64,000 nt of DNA from a virus (IMGVR_UViG_3300026766_000001:24336-88335), one strand, 5' to 3'; shown: positions 36,646-46,518, counted from the stretch's first letter. Made by a program: numbers and translations. The notes: generated by a model not told the origin, from the sequence alone.

Positions 36646-36876
36646 TCAGATCCGCTTGAACTGGCCAGCGCCGCCCTGTCCGGGGCGTCCCTGACGGATG
36701 CACTGGATCAGCCCCTGGCTCTCCAGCGCGGAGATGTGCCGGCGCACCGTGGGGGCCGAAACTCCGGCGGCCTTCGCCAGCTCGTCTGCCGTGAAGACCT
36801 TGCCCTTACGGGCTGCCTTCGGGAGGGCCTTGGCCAGGCTCTCCACGGTGGATGGTTTGGTCGCCTCCTTCGCCAT
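36646..36876 (-). CDS. Winged-helix DNA-binding protein
   Basis: FTADELAKAAGVSAPTVRRHISALESQGLI. Confidence 0.8.
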   Translation of the reverse strand: MAKEATKPSTVESLAKALPKAARKGKVFTADELAKAAGVSAPTVRRHISALESQGLIQCIRQGRPGQGGAGQFKRI

Positions 36877-36987
36877 CGTTCCTCCTTTCATTTCCGATTG
36901 TCGTTCCTTACCGATTCGAAACGTAGCATGTCGAACGGCGGGCGTCAAGCGGGCAGTGCGCAGCAACCGCCTCGCGCCGACCGGTCC

Positions 36988-37995
36988 TCAGGGTTGGCGC
37001 GCGCGTGAAACGGTGGCCTGCTCGAGCCCGTCTCGCAACTGCTTTTGAAGCTCGGCCATCGCTTGCCCCTCGCCGTGGAGCGCGAACCTCTCTGCTCCAA
37101 GCCGATCGCCCTGATGCCACAGGAGATAGAGTCGGCGAGCCTGGTCTTTCGTAGCGGGCCCGAGGTCTACCCGGATATCAATCCGGCCACCACGAAGTAG
37201 GGCGGGATCGAAGTTCTCTGGATGGTTCGAGCAGACAAAGAGCACGCGCCCTCAGCCGCAGCAGGTCCGTCGATCGCTCCGAGCAGTCCGGCGAGAGTGA
37301 TCCCTCCCGATGCCTCTTCGCGGGTAGGCAGCCGTGCGGCGTCGAGATCGTCCAGGAGCACGGCCGCCTTGGGACCGATGCGTGCCAGGGATTGCAGAAG
37401 CCCGGCGTCCGAGGCTCCCTTGCCAGTGACGTCCGGAATATGGAGCGCCATCCCGGCTTCGCTGCATAAGGCCCGGACCAGTGAGCCCTTACCGCACCCC
37501 GGGGGGCCAAAGAGGCCGATGCTCAAGCGCCACGGCACGCCCCTGGAGGCGTACCAGCTCGCGGAGTTGAGGAAGTCGCGGACGGAGGCGAGTAGGTCTT
37601 CCGCCGTCGATCCCGGCAGGATGACGCTCGACAACGGCCGGGGCAGAGCTCCCTCCAGATCTACCCAATCGCCCCACTGATTGGCGATCCGCACTAAGCC
37701 GCGCTGATTCAAACGGCGCTCGCCATACTGCGCCGCCTCCCGGATGACCTGATGCAGCCATGACAAGTTCTGGCGAGCGGTGTAGAGAGTGGCGGTCTCG
37801 GCCGCCAGGGAGCGGGTCTCCGGGCTCGCGCTGGGAGGGCCATCTTCCTTCCCTCGGTCGAGCAAGATCCACTTGCCCTGCCATCGGATCAGGTGCCAGC
37901 CGCGGCGGAAGGTTCCTGGCCCACGCGATGAGGATGCCGGCGGCGCTCAACAGGAGAGCGGTCGCGGTCAGGTTGCCGCCCGAAAAGTACGCCAT
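36988..37995 (-). pseudogene. BCS1-like AAA+ ATPase, disrupted
   Basis: TM N-terminus ...ARNLP; GWHLIRWQGKWILL; Walker A GPPGCGKG; ITLAGLLGAIDG; after a frameshift near 37250, NHPENFDPALLRGGRID. Confidence 0.75.
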
Positions 37996-38186
37996 CCCTC
38001 AGGTTCCCCACATCCGAAATTCAGCGACGTCGCCGGAGGACCCGCTGGCGACGATCGTCGCGGCCGGGAATCAGCGGGGAGGCGTCCGTCGAGGTGGAAA
38101 AGGAGGACGCGGCTCACGTCAGGCCACCCCCGCCAGCGTCTGTGCCCGATTGCTCATGGAGCTGATCTTACCCCAAACCTCCGGGC

Positions 38187-38216
38187 TTGACGCAACCTTC
38201 GGAAGTACGGTATCAT
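38187..38216 (+). promoter_or_regulatory. Sigma70-like promoter
   Basis: TTGACG-18-TATCAT upstream of the ArsR-like gene. Confidence 0.5.
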
Positions 38217-38244
38217 CGGCGACTCAGGGGAGGGTCAAAGGGAA

Positions 38245-38556
38245 ATGACCGAGGTCCAAGAATCCGACCAGGAACGCCTGTCCGAGCTTTTCGGCCACTT
38301 GACCGAAAGGCGACTCGCCATCTTCCTTGCGGCGGACGGCAAAACGCCCGTGACCGGTATCGCCGAGAGGACCGGGCTGTCTATGTCCGCGGTTTCGCAG
38401 CAGATCGCGAGACTCTCCGCCGCCAAGCTCCTGGTGAAACGCCGGGAGGCGCAGACTATTTACTACGCAAGGAACCCGGCTATCGCCTCCGAGATTCAAG
38501 ATCTCTGCGCGCGGCTGTTGCCAGTGGTGATTCACGGCGCCCTGGGCGGCGCTTAG
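38245..38556 (+). CDS. ArsR/SmtB-family regulator
   Basis: RRLAIF...VTGIAERTGLSMSAVSQQIARL..AKLL.KRREAQTIYY. Confidence 0.85.
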   Translation: MTEVQESDQERLSELFGHLTERRLAIFLAADGKTPVTGIAERTGLSMSAVSQQIARLSAAKLLVKRREAQTIYYARNPAIASEIQDLCARLLPVVIHGALGGA

Positions 38557-38960
38557 GTGTCTTTGCTCTTCGTCCTCAAACGCGCCTTGCCGGTTGGGGT
38601 TCGGCGCCTTTATCAAAAGATTGGAGACCTGTCTCGTGGGTCCATCACGTCCCAACCTTGCGCAGTACCACCACCGACCCCCTGGGCAGCCGGGCGAGGG
38701 CGGCGGCTGACGCCAGGCGAAACGATCCTTGAACGGTCCCGAGCACCTTCCGACGCCCGAGCAGGCGGTAGGTCCAGGTCTGCTTCATGAGGGTTTCTCC
38801 TTTCGGGCTACAATCGTAGCATGTGGCGCCGATCTCTGCGCCGGTGGAGACGCCGATCCGGTTTCCGCAAGCCGATCCAGAGCCGGCGGGCGTGAAAGGT
38901 TCTACGGCGCCCCGAGCCGGCCGAACAGACAGGGCGTCTTCAGGACGTAGAGCGACAACC

Positions 38961-40802
38961 CTACCATCCCGGCACCCGCGAGTAGGTCGCCATGACCGAC
39001 TGCGGCGGGAGGATGGGCGTCCACAGCGCCAGCACGAAGGAGTCCGAGCGGTCCGGGCTCCTGCCGAGGTGCTTTTTGATCTCGTCTTTGTCCAGGATCC
39101 GCACGGACTGCGCCTTCCTCTTGTAGCCGTCGTCCTCGACAATCCTGGCCCCGTAGACCAGTTGGTGGGCCAGCATCTCCTCGCGTAGCAGGACATCGTC
39201 AGGAGGGTCCACCAGGCCGCGCTCGAGCAGCATGGCGGCCCGGACGTAGAGCGCGGCCCGGACGTTCTCGCACCAGGGCTCGTTGGGCAGGCGATCGGGC
39301 GGCGCTCCGGAGAAGGCGACGGCCGAAGACTCGATGCGCAGGATGTCGAGCGCGTGGTCGTGGACCGAGGATCCAGCCGCTCCCCCCTCGTCAACGTTCC
39401 ACGTGGAACGTGGGAAGTGCCGTGCGATGTACTGCGCCACCTCGGGCCCTCTGCCCTTGGGGGCGACGCGGATCTCGCCGACGCGGATCCGCCTGCCCTC
39501 CTGGAGCTCCGCCAACAGGCGCACGCCGACCTCGCCGCCTTTCTTCTCGGCCTCATGCCAGGCGCGAAGCAGGGTCTCGGCGGTCTCACCCCAGCTGGGG
39601 CAGAAGCAGCTGTCGTCGTCGCCCTCGCGGGCCGCGTCAACCCCCACGCGATCGGCCGGGCTCTCCGGATCCTGGCCAGCCCGCCAGCGCTCGACTGCGG
39701 CGTCCCAGGACCCAGGAGAGACCAGTCCCATCTCGACGTTCAAGGGGTAGCGTCCCAGGACCTGGCTCTCGAAGAGGGCCCGCGGCCGGTAGACGCGCAC
39801 TTCCCCATCGCGGTGGCCGACGACGCCGTCATCCCGCGGGGCGGGGTCCGAGGCGGCCGGCGGTGGTAGGGCGTAGAGGAAGTCGCCGAAGTCGGGGTCC
39901 GGCAACGTGCCGGGGTAGGGCCCGCGGTCGCGGCAATCCTGGAGGTCACGCACCCGGTCGTCCACGGCGCGGTGGGAGATCGCGCCCTCAATAGCGGTCC
40001 GCCTTTCCAGCACGTTGGGGTGCTCGAATGCGCTCATGAAGTAGACCTTGTACCGGCCGTTGGTGGTCCGCTGGAAGATCGGACCCGCGGACTCCGTCGG
40101 ATTGAAGAGGCCGACGATCCAGTTGTTCTCCGCGGAGAGCATGCCCTCGACCGAAGCTACGACATCGGTGCGCAGGCCCTGCGCCTCCTCGAGAATCGCG
40201 AGCTGCCACCGCTCGTGCCGGCCGGAGATGCTGTGCGCCACCTCCTGCTGCACGTTGCGAGACGGCGAGAAGGCCTCGACGTCCCATCCCGGGCCGCCGG
40301 CCCAGAGGATCTTCTGGTTGCCCGTGCTCGAGAACCACTGCCCCGGCATCAGGTGACCGCGGCGCTCGGCACGTTGGGCGTGTTGTGTCATCTTGGTGTA
40401 GAAATTGGCGATATTAGAATGCCCAGGCCCTACGAGCAGGACCTTGGACCCGCGCTCGGGCTTGCCCTCGATCGGGTCGGGCATGGAGCCAACGACGTCA
40501 ATGAAGTAGATCGCGTAGGCGGAGAAGCCGTCGCTCTTCCCTAGGGTAGTGCCGGAAGGAAAAAGGGTGCGTGGATGCTGCTCGACGAGCTCGATCATCT
40601 TTTCTTGCTGAGGCGAAAGGGTGCGTCCCAGGACGTCGCGGATGTAGCGCCAGGGGTCGCGGTAGAAGCCCCGGCGCTGGTCAACGTCTCGGCGCGGACC
40701 GGGCCCGGCGCCGACCCGGACCCCCTCGCGCTCCCGCTGGCGCAACAGGAGAATGGCGTTGGCCTGGTGGACGGCTTGGCGCTGCAGTTGGGCGGGGGTC
40801 AT
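38961..40802 (-). CDS. terL: Terminase large subunit
   Basis: LSPQQ Q-motif, SGTTLGKS, ILEEAQG, FNPT; nuclease GVDAAREGDD and RSPDRSDS. Start MTPAQ at 40802. Confidence 0.92.
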   Translation of the reverse strand: MTPAQLQRQAVHQANAILLLRQREREGVRVGAGPGPRRDVDQRRGFYRDPWRYIRDVLGRTLSPQQEKMIELVEQHPRTLFPSGTTLGKSDGFSAYAIYFIDVVGSMPDPIEGKPERGSKVLLVGPGHSNIANFYTKMTQHAQRAERRGHLMPGQWFSSTGNQKILWAGGPGWDVEAFSPSRNVQQEVAHSISGRHERWQLAILEEAQGLRTDVVASVEGMLSAENNWIVGLFNPTESAGPIFQRTTNGRYKVYFMSAFEHPNVLERRTAIEGAISHRAVDDRVRDLQDCRDRGPYPGTLPDPDFGDFLYALPPPAASDPAPRDDGVVGHRDGEVRVYRPRALFESQVLGRYPLNVEMGLVSPGSWDAAVERWRAGQDPESPADRVGVDAAREGDDDSCFCPSWGETAETLLRAWHEAEKKGGEVGVRLLAELQEGRRIRVGEIRVAPKGRGPEVAQYIARHFPRSTWNVDEGGAAGSSVHDHALDILRIESSAVAFSGAPPDRLPNEPWCENVRAALYVRAAMLLERGLVDPPDDVLLREEMLAHQLVYGARIVEDDGYKRKAQSVRILDKDEIKKHLGRSPDRSDSFVLALWTPILPPQSVMATYSRVPGW

Positions 40803-41128
40803 CGCTCCCAGGGGGAGTTCTCCGTGGATTGAGGAGTCGACGGCAAGGCGGCCTTCACCACGCCGGCCGCTGCCGTTGCCGTCCGGAGCACCTCGGCCGC
40901 CGCCGTGGCAGCCGCGATTACCTGAGCGGCCGTGGCTTCCATCACCGCCGCTGCCTCGCGGTGGACGGGAGAATCCGACGCTGAAGCGTTCTTGTTGAGC
41001 CAGAACGAAATTGAAGCCATGACCACCGCTCCGGCGAGCCCCGGCTGGGCGCTGCGCAGCAGCCAAGCGAAGCTGAGAAGAACGGCTGTGGCCAGTAAGT
41101 CGATGATGCGCTCGACCGTGCGGCTCAT
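40799..41128 (-). CDS. Two-TM membrane protein (holin-like)
   Basis: Two hydrophobic segments at the N-terminus; coupled to terL. Confidence 0.45.
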   Translation of the reverse strand: MSRTVERIIDLLATAVLLSFAWLLRSAQPGLAGAVVMASISFWLNKNASASDSPVHREAAAVMEATAAQVIAAATAAAEVLRTATAAAGVVKAALPSTPQSTENSPWER

Positions 41129-41214
41129 GACCGCGGATTATCTCAAGAACCGCTGCGTCTGGAAAGCAGGGCGTGCTCCGTAGGCGTAAGTTTGCGCGAG
41201 CCTAGCCAGCCCAT

Positions 41215-43146
41215 TCACTCCTCCTTTCGGCACGACCGCGCTCCAAGCAGCCACAGCTGAAGGCGGTCTCGCTCGGGGCGCGTCCACTGCTTGTTGGGCT
41301 TCGCGATGACAGCCCTCACATCGGCCGGAAACTCTGTGAGGTCGGGGCATGCGGGGCACGCCTCCTCGGGGCAAACGGTAGGCTCCGGGCATGCAGGCGC
41401 GAGTACAGGTGGAGGCTCGGCTACCGGAGCGGGCGGTGGCGCTGGCCCCGTGATGATCACCCGGGCGCTTCCGACCGCGCTCTCCGCCCCGCGGCGTGCG
41501 CGGACCACCGGGAAGAAGGTCCCGGCCGCCTGGTAGACGTGCGAGGCGACCTGCTCCCGATGACCCGCATCCTCGAAGATGGTGTCGCCGTTCCAGTCAT
41601 AGTCCCAGAAATCGGGCTCGGCCGTGGCAACGGCGGTGAAACCAAGCGGCATGCCCGCCGCTGCCGTGCAGAATCCGAAGAAGCAGCCGGTTGGCGTCAA
41701 CGTCACCTGAAGCGCCGGTGCGGCTGGTGGCTTTGAGGACTCTGGTGGCAGAGCCGGCGGCGGGGCAGGGGGAACCATGGGCGGCGGCCCTGGGGGCGCT
41801 ACGGGCCCGCCAGAGGCCAACTGATGGGCATCCATGATGGTGTGTGCGGCGCGGTAAAAGGTGTTGCCAGAGAACTTACCGGTGAACGGTGCTACCTTGT
41901 TGAAGCCCGTTGGGCTGCCGCGGTACCACCAGGCCCAATAGGCAGCGCCACCGATTTCTCGGGGTGCCGTGGGGTCCGAGATGTCGAATAAAAACTCACG
42001 CTGAGGATCTCCGCCGTTGCAGGCGTCGTTCTTGGAGGCGTAGAGAAACGGCTTGCCGTCAGCCGCGCGGCTGAAAGTTAGAAGCTGTTCGCTGCTGCCA
42101 CCGCTCACCTTCGTCACCGACAAGGGCGCCTCCAAGCCCGCGCAGGCGCCCGCAGCGATACAGTCCACCCCATAGATCTGCAAATCATAGGCGACGCCAA
42201 TGCCCGGCACGAAGTGGTCCGTAATCAGACCCAGATAGTAGGTAGACCCCCACTCTCTCCACAAAGCCACTCCGAAAACGTTGGAGGCATCCATCGCGCG
42301 GAGCACCCGCTTGGGTTGTCGCGGAAGTGATACGTCCCAGATCTCAACGCCGTGAACCGTGCCCTGACTGACGACGATGAAGTTGTCCACGCCGTCCACG
42401 TAGTGGGCATTAGATAAACTACCGGCTTCCCCCACGTAGAGGCCGGGGCAGTCAGCTGGCGAGTTGCACACCCTGCCAGCGGGCGCTGGGGCGTCCATGT
42501 CAAAGATGCGGAGCCCGCCCTTACCGAATGCCGTAGCGGCGTAGGTACCCACGAAGGCATAGTGCCGACCGCCAAGCGTAGCGGCGTAGACGCTGGTTGC
42601 ATCCAGCCCGGCAAATTGCCAGCGCAGCTGCGGGGCGGCCTTATTGGCGGCATCGATGATGGCCAGGCCCGTCCCAGACTGGCCGACAACCGCTACCAGG
42701 CTGTCCGCTCCCGCTGGCGCGTCCACGTCGTGCAGGGGCCAAAAGGTGTGCGGGTCGTTGGCCCACACCGGCCACTGAGCATTGCGGATCTGACCTACAT
42801 AGACCGGCACGCCACTCCCGCGGACATCCCACACCTGTAGGCCGTGGGCGATGCCCGCGAAGAGCCACCCGTTTTCAATGTCCAGGGACTCGAACCAGTT
42901 GACGCTGCTGTACTGCTGGTGGAACTCGTCGAATGCTGTGGCGTCGCGGCTGGCTGGCATAAGCGAGGGCAAGGGGTCCGAGTCGACCGCCTGTAACCCT
43001 CTCCAAAGAGCGGCCGGCGCGGGGCGGGCGGGTGTCCCGCAATCAATACGCCCACAGCCCCCGCGGTTGCAGGTCGGTTGTGCGAAAGCGGAGAGGGCGG
43101 TTGCTAAGAATAGAGAGCCGACGACGGAGCTCGGTATTGACATCAC
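41215..43146 (-). CDS. Secreted LVIVD-repeat beta-propeller plus PKD-domain protein
   Basis: Signal peptide ...ALSAFA|Q; repeats LQVWDVRG, LAIIDAANKAAP, LRIFDM, VEIWDVSLP, FLFDISDPTAP; Pro linker; PKD WDYDWNGD...HVYQAAGTFFPVV. Confidence 0.8.
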   Translation of the reverse strand: MMSIPSSVVGSLFLATALSAFAQPTCNRGGCGRIDCGTPARPAPAALWRGLQAVDSDPLPSLMPASRDATAFDEFHQQYSSVNWFESLDIENGWLFAGIAHGLQVWDVRGSGVPVYVGQIRNAQWPVWANDPHTFWPLHDVDAPAGADSLVAVVGQSGTGLAIIDAANKAAPQLRWQFAGLDATSVYAATLGGRHYAFVGTYAATAFGKGGLRIFDMDAPAPAGRVCNSPADCPGLYVGEAGSLSNAHYVDGVDNFIVVSQGTVHGVEIWDVSLPRQPKRVLRAMDASNVFGVALWREWGSTYYLGLITDHFVPGIGVAYDLQIYGVDCIAAGACAGLEAPLSVTKVSGGSSEQLLTFSRAADGKPFLYASKNDACNGGDPQREFLFDISDPTAPREIGGAAYWAWWYRGSPTGFNKVAPFTGKFSGNTFYRAAHTIMDAHQLASGGPVAPPGPPPMVPPAPPPALPPESSKPPAAPALQVTLTPTGCFFGFCTAAAGMPLGFTAVATAEPDFWDYDWNGDTIFEDAGHREQVASHVYQAAGTFFPVVRARRGAESAVGSARVIITGPAPPPAPVAEPPPVLAPACPEPTVCPEEACPACPDLTEFPADVRAVIAKPNKQWTRPERDRLQLWLLGARSCRKEE

Positions 43147-43243
43147 CTCTTCCCCTCTCTCGGGTTGGCTGTTGTTGGATTTTTTCTTTCACGCTCAAGC
43201 TTCATACGACGACGGCACCTCCCATTTCGACCCTTTTCGTCGT

Positions 43244-43930
43244 TCATCGCTTCGCCTTTTTCCTTTCGCTCAGAATTTTCACGACATCTTCGCCATTCGC
43301 GATCTGTCGCAAATCTTCGTCGTCCAGGTCAGCCATTTCATCAAGGCTCACGTTGACGTTGAGAACCTCGTTCCGGCGGTCGTAACGCTGGTGGTAGGCT
43401 CGCTGGATGGCAATCCACAACTGGTCCGACACCGTCTTCGCTCGCTGCATTCCGACAGCTTCGAACGCCTCAAACCCCTCGTCCCGAGCCTCATCCCAGG
43501 CCTTCGCAAAAGTTGGGTATTGCTCGCGGTGCAGATACGCCAGCGAACGGCTCACGCCGGCCGCGCCGTACGCGGGCTTAGGGCTTGGGATCACACGCAT
43601 CGCCTTCAGGAACACGTCGTGCCACGCAGTGTTCACCGGCTGACCGTTAGTGTCGAGTCGAGGAACGCAGCCGCACTCGCACGTCGAGTCCTGCGGGTTC
43701 AGGATCTTGCGACCGCAGCTGCAACAGAATACGGCCCCGGCGGGGTTGTTCTTGAAGGGGCAGAACGGGCACGCTTGAGTCTCACGCGCAGGGGCTGATC
43801 CAGTCTGTGCAGGAGCCCCGCTGCCTGTTGAAAACTCGCCGACAGGGGTTTCGGGAACGGTTGTATTACGTATAAGATTCTCTTCGCGCGCGCGAGACAC
43901 ACCACGTTGTTCATGCCCCTCCGACGCCAT
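43244..43930 (-). CDS. terS: Terminase small subunit with N-terminal zinc ribbon
   Basis: WHDVFL...AAGVSRSLAY..R...TFAKAWDEA; SDQL; N-terminal CPFC...FCCSCG. Confidence 0.75.
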   Translation of the reverse strand: MASEGHEQRGVSRAREENLIRNTTVPETPVGEFSTGSGAPAQTGSAPARETQACPFCPFKNNPAGAVFCCSCGRKILNPQDSTCECGCVPRLDTNGQPVNTAWHDVFLKAMRVIPSPKPAYGAAGVSRSLAYLHREQYPTFAKAWDEARDEGFEAFEAVGMQRAKTVSDQLWIAIQRAYHQRYDRRNEVLNVNVSLDEMADLDDEDLRQIANGEDVVKILSERKKAKR

Positions 43931-43971
43931 GGCGGCAGGATCGACTGCGGGACCGTGCAGATTGCGCTCGT

Positions 43972-44535
43972 CTACCATGGCCCATGGGCCCCTCGGGAAG
44001 CTGACAAGGCTCTCGCCAGTGCCCCTGGGGTGCCGGCGTCGCGCGTGGACCCCCCCTTTACGAGGTCGTTGACCGCCCGCAGGAAAGCCCCTAAAACGAC
44101 CCCTGTGGCGACCCCTGAATGGCTTGTCGCACAGGGGAGGTTGTTTTGCGCCGCTTCGCAGCGTCGCGTCGAAGGTTCCTCCTGCGCGCCTGCTCCACGT
44201 GCATCGGCAGCATTGTCACAGGGGAGGGGAATGGGCATCCAGTGGGTGACCTCCCACGTCTCTACCCGCTGCACCCGGCAGCCGTCGTAGACGTCTTCGG
44301 CGTCCACTTTCCAGGCGGGAGTGGGGCCATCGGTGACTCGCTGGGCGGCAGCGACGTCGACGCCGTTGGTCGCCAGAACCACGACATCCATCGCTGGGAG
44401 CTTCCCGGAGGCGACGGGGATCCACGTGTCCGCCACCAGCCGATCGATGATGGCCACCAGGGCCTGGGTCTCAGTGGACGCCCGGCGACGCGCCCCCTGC
44501 ATGACCTCGGCCTCGGCGGGCGTCAGGCGGCTCAC
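43972..44535 (-). CDS. DUF551-like protein
   Basis: WIPVASGKLP...VTHWMPIPLP. Confidence 0.75.
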   Translation of the reverse strand: MSRLTPAEAEVMQGARRRASTETQALVAIIDRLVADTWIPVASGKLPAMDVVVLATNGVDVAAAQRVTDGPTPAWKVDAEDVYDGCRVQRVETWEVTHWMPIPLPCDNAADARGAGAQEEPSTRRCEAAQNNLPCATSHSGVATGVVLGAFLRAVNDLVKGGSTRDAGTPGALARALSASRGAHGPW

Positions 44536-45017
44536 TTCGCGCCTCCCGCTGCCTTCAGGAGCCGAACCGCATCGTCCCGCGACAGGCTTGTTTTGGTGGC
44601 CAGGACCTCCGCCCGCGTCGTTTGGCCGGGACCGGACGCCCCCTCGTGGCCCGTGTCGCGCACGAAGAGGTGGCAGCTGTCACTGCTCGAGGTCTGCAGG
44701 CGCGCGGAGCTCGGGCACAGGCAGTCCCCCTGGACGACGATCGCGCCGGCTCGCGCCATCTGGACGCGTGCGAGACCGCCGCCATCGAAGTACTCGCAGT
44801 GGGCGCAGGTCACAACACTCTCCGGGTTGCGGCTGCCCCAGACGCCTTCGGGATCTTCCAGGATAGGGAGGACCTCGCATGGATGCGCCTGACCCCGCTG
44901 GCGAAGCGCGCTACGGCCGACCTCGACGTCACCGCCGGCAGGGATCGCGAGCGAGGCAATGCGTTGCGCGATCAGGCGGCGGACGTTGGGGCCGTGAATG
45001 GGAGTATTCGCTGCCAT
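44532..45017 (-). CDS. Hypothetical Cys-rich protein
   Basis: CAHCEYF...GDCL...SCHLF. Confidence 0.55.
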   Translation of the reverse strand: MAANTPIHGPNVRRLIAQRIASLAIPAGGDVEVGRSALRQRGQAHPCEVLPILEDPEGVWGSRNPESVVTCAHCEYFDGGGLARVQMARAGAIVVQGDCLCPSSARLQTSSSDSCHLFVRDTGHEGASGPGQTTRAEVLATKTSLSRDDAVRLLKAAGGAK

Positions 45018-45030
45018 GAGAAGTACCGGG

Positions 45031-45058
45031 GGGACGCCCTGCGGCTACCGGGCGTCCC
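45031..45058 (-). terminator. Hairpin closing the PAPS-like/RG-peptide operon
   Basis: Perfect 9-bp stem GGGACGCCC/GGGCGTCCC; U-tract weak. Confidence 0.45.
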
Positions 45059-45065
45059 GAATCGC

Positions 45066-45179
45066 TTATCGCCGCCCTCCGCGCGCCCGTCCACCACGCC
45101 GCGCCCGCACCGCTCCCGCTCGCCCGCGGCCACCCCTCGCGCCTCGTCCACGTCCACCTCGACCCGCTCCCGTCGCCAT
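45066..45179 (-). CDS. 37-aa Arg/Gly-rich micropeptide (not in ORF track)
   Basis: SD GGAGGTGA; MATGAGRGGRGRGARGGRGRAGAVRARRGGRARGGRR*. Confidence 0.75.
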   Translation of the reverse strand: MATGAGRGGRGRGARGGRGRAGAVRARRGGRARGGRR

Positions 45180-45211
45180 CGCTAATCACCTCCCCCTCAG
45201 TGAATTACGAG

Positions 45212-45365
45212 CTATCCTCGCCGCGCCCGCGCAGCTCTACGCGTCGCCGCGAGCTCTCGGCGCTGGCGCACCGCGCCTCGCCGGCCTACCGCCCTACCGC
45301 CCTGCCGGCGCCCAGGGCGCGATCCCCGGCCCCGTCCTCCTCTCCCAGCTCCGGTGTTGCTCCAC
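45212..45365 (-). CDS. Second Arg/Gly-rich micropeptide; start codon one base out of frame
   Basis: Frame 45361-45212 reads SNTGAGRGGRGRGSRPGRRQGGRAVGRRGAVRQRRELAATRRAARARRG*; nearest GTG at 45365 is off by one base. Confidence 0.55.
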
Positions 45366-45371
45366 CTCCTC

Positions 45372-45809
45372 TCAAGCCTTCGGCTCGAACGGCTTAAACT
45401 CCACCTCGCTCAACTGTACGCCCAACGAGCGCGCCAGCGCAAGGCCGTTCACGTAACGACCGTTCCCGCCCCCGACGCATTTCTTCCAGCCGAGAGCCTC
45501 CAAGAACTCGTTTTTCTGCCCCTGGCTGAGGAAAACCACGCAAAGCAGGTAGTCCGTGTCACAGGCGGTCTTGAACCGCTCTTTGGCTTTCTCCGAGATC
45601 TCATGCATGCGACGCAGCGTGTCGCTGATCTCGGTCTTGGCCTCCTCCTCGAAGGTTCCGGCAAGCTCGGCGTCGGGCAGGGCGCCGTCGAAGTCGTAAG
45701 AGACGAGCGCTACGCCGTCGGGTTCGTCCGCCGCTCCGTCGAGACCAAAGCCCTCGCCCGGCCCCAGGTTGAACTCGTCGTCCTGCAGGTCAAACTCGTC
45801 GCTCGCCAT
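45372..45809 (-). CDS. Acidic partner protein, 145 aa
   Basis: SD AGGAG; D/E-rich N-half, then ERF...DTDY..CVVF.S..QK.EFL..LGW...RY.NG..LA..LG. Confidence 0.75.
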   Translation of the reverse strand: MASDEFDLQDDEFNLGPGEGFGLDGAADEPDGVALVSYDFDGALPDAELAGTFEEEAKTEISDTLRRMHEISEKAKERFKTACDTDYLLCVVFLSQGQKNEFLEALGWKKCVGGGNGRYVNGLALARSLGVQLSEVEFKPFEPKA

Positions 45810-46511
45810 CGGCGATCTCCTTGCGGAAAAGCTCGGCGTCAATGAGCGGAAACCAGTCCAAAATCTTTTCGTAATCAGCGGGGAAATGGCGCTTGATGGC
45901 CACCAGGTGGCGGTAGTCCAGACCGTCGAAAGACCTCCCCCAGATCTCGTAGTCTCGGGGGAGCTGCAAGCCGGCCTTGCGGATGACCTCGTGCACCTCC
46001 GCGAGCTTCCAGTCCCAGACGGGGTAAAAGGTCTTTGTCTTGGCCCGGATCGCGCCGTGCCAGCGGAAGGTGAGCTGCCGCATGGTCGAATCCGCGGCCC
46101 TCGTCCCGACCGCGATCCACGACCCCTCCATGCCGAGGCCAGGGCCAGCTGTTTGAGCTCCGAAAGCGTCGTGTCCACGGGATGATCGAAGGCCTCGAGG
46201 ATGGGGACGCGGTGCGGGGGCTGGAAGGCCTGCCACCCGAGCATCTGGTACATCCGGACGTGAGGAATGCGCACGATTCGGACGCCGAAAAAGCGCTCGA
46301 TCTGATCCAGCCACTCCTCGACGAACGAGATATCCGGGATGTCGTAGTGGTAAATGGGGACAATCCGATCGAAGCCCGCCTCCCGAAGGCGCAACCAACT
46401 GGCCAATGAATCCTTCCCTCCGCTGAACGAAACCGCGATCTCGCCCGTCTCGGCCCGGATGCGCCGCACCACCTCGCCCGAGGGCACCTGCTCCACCTTT
46501 GCTCCCGCCAT
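45790..46511 (-). CDS. PP-loop / PAPS-reductase-like adenine nucleotide alpha-hydrolase (one-base frameshift near 46140)
   Basis: IAVSFSGGKDS; WIAVGTRAADS..R; FYPVWDW...V; YEIWGRSFDG. Halves are in different frames. Confidence 0.82.
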
Positions 46512-46518
46512 GCGCGAC

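Noticed and set aside
40803-41066. N-terminal extension of terL given in the ORF track
   Set aside because: It overlaps the two-TM gene; SD and coupling support ATG 40802.
40799-41128. Complete lysis cassette
   Set aside because: Only a holin-like gene is present; no endolysin or spanin motifs were recognised in the window.
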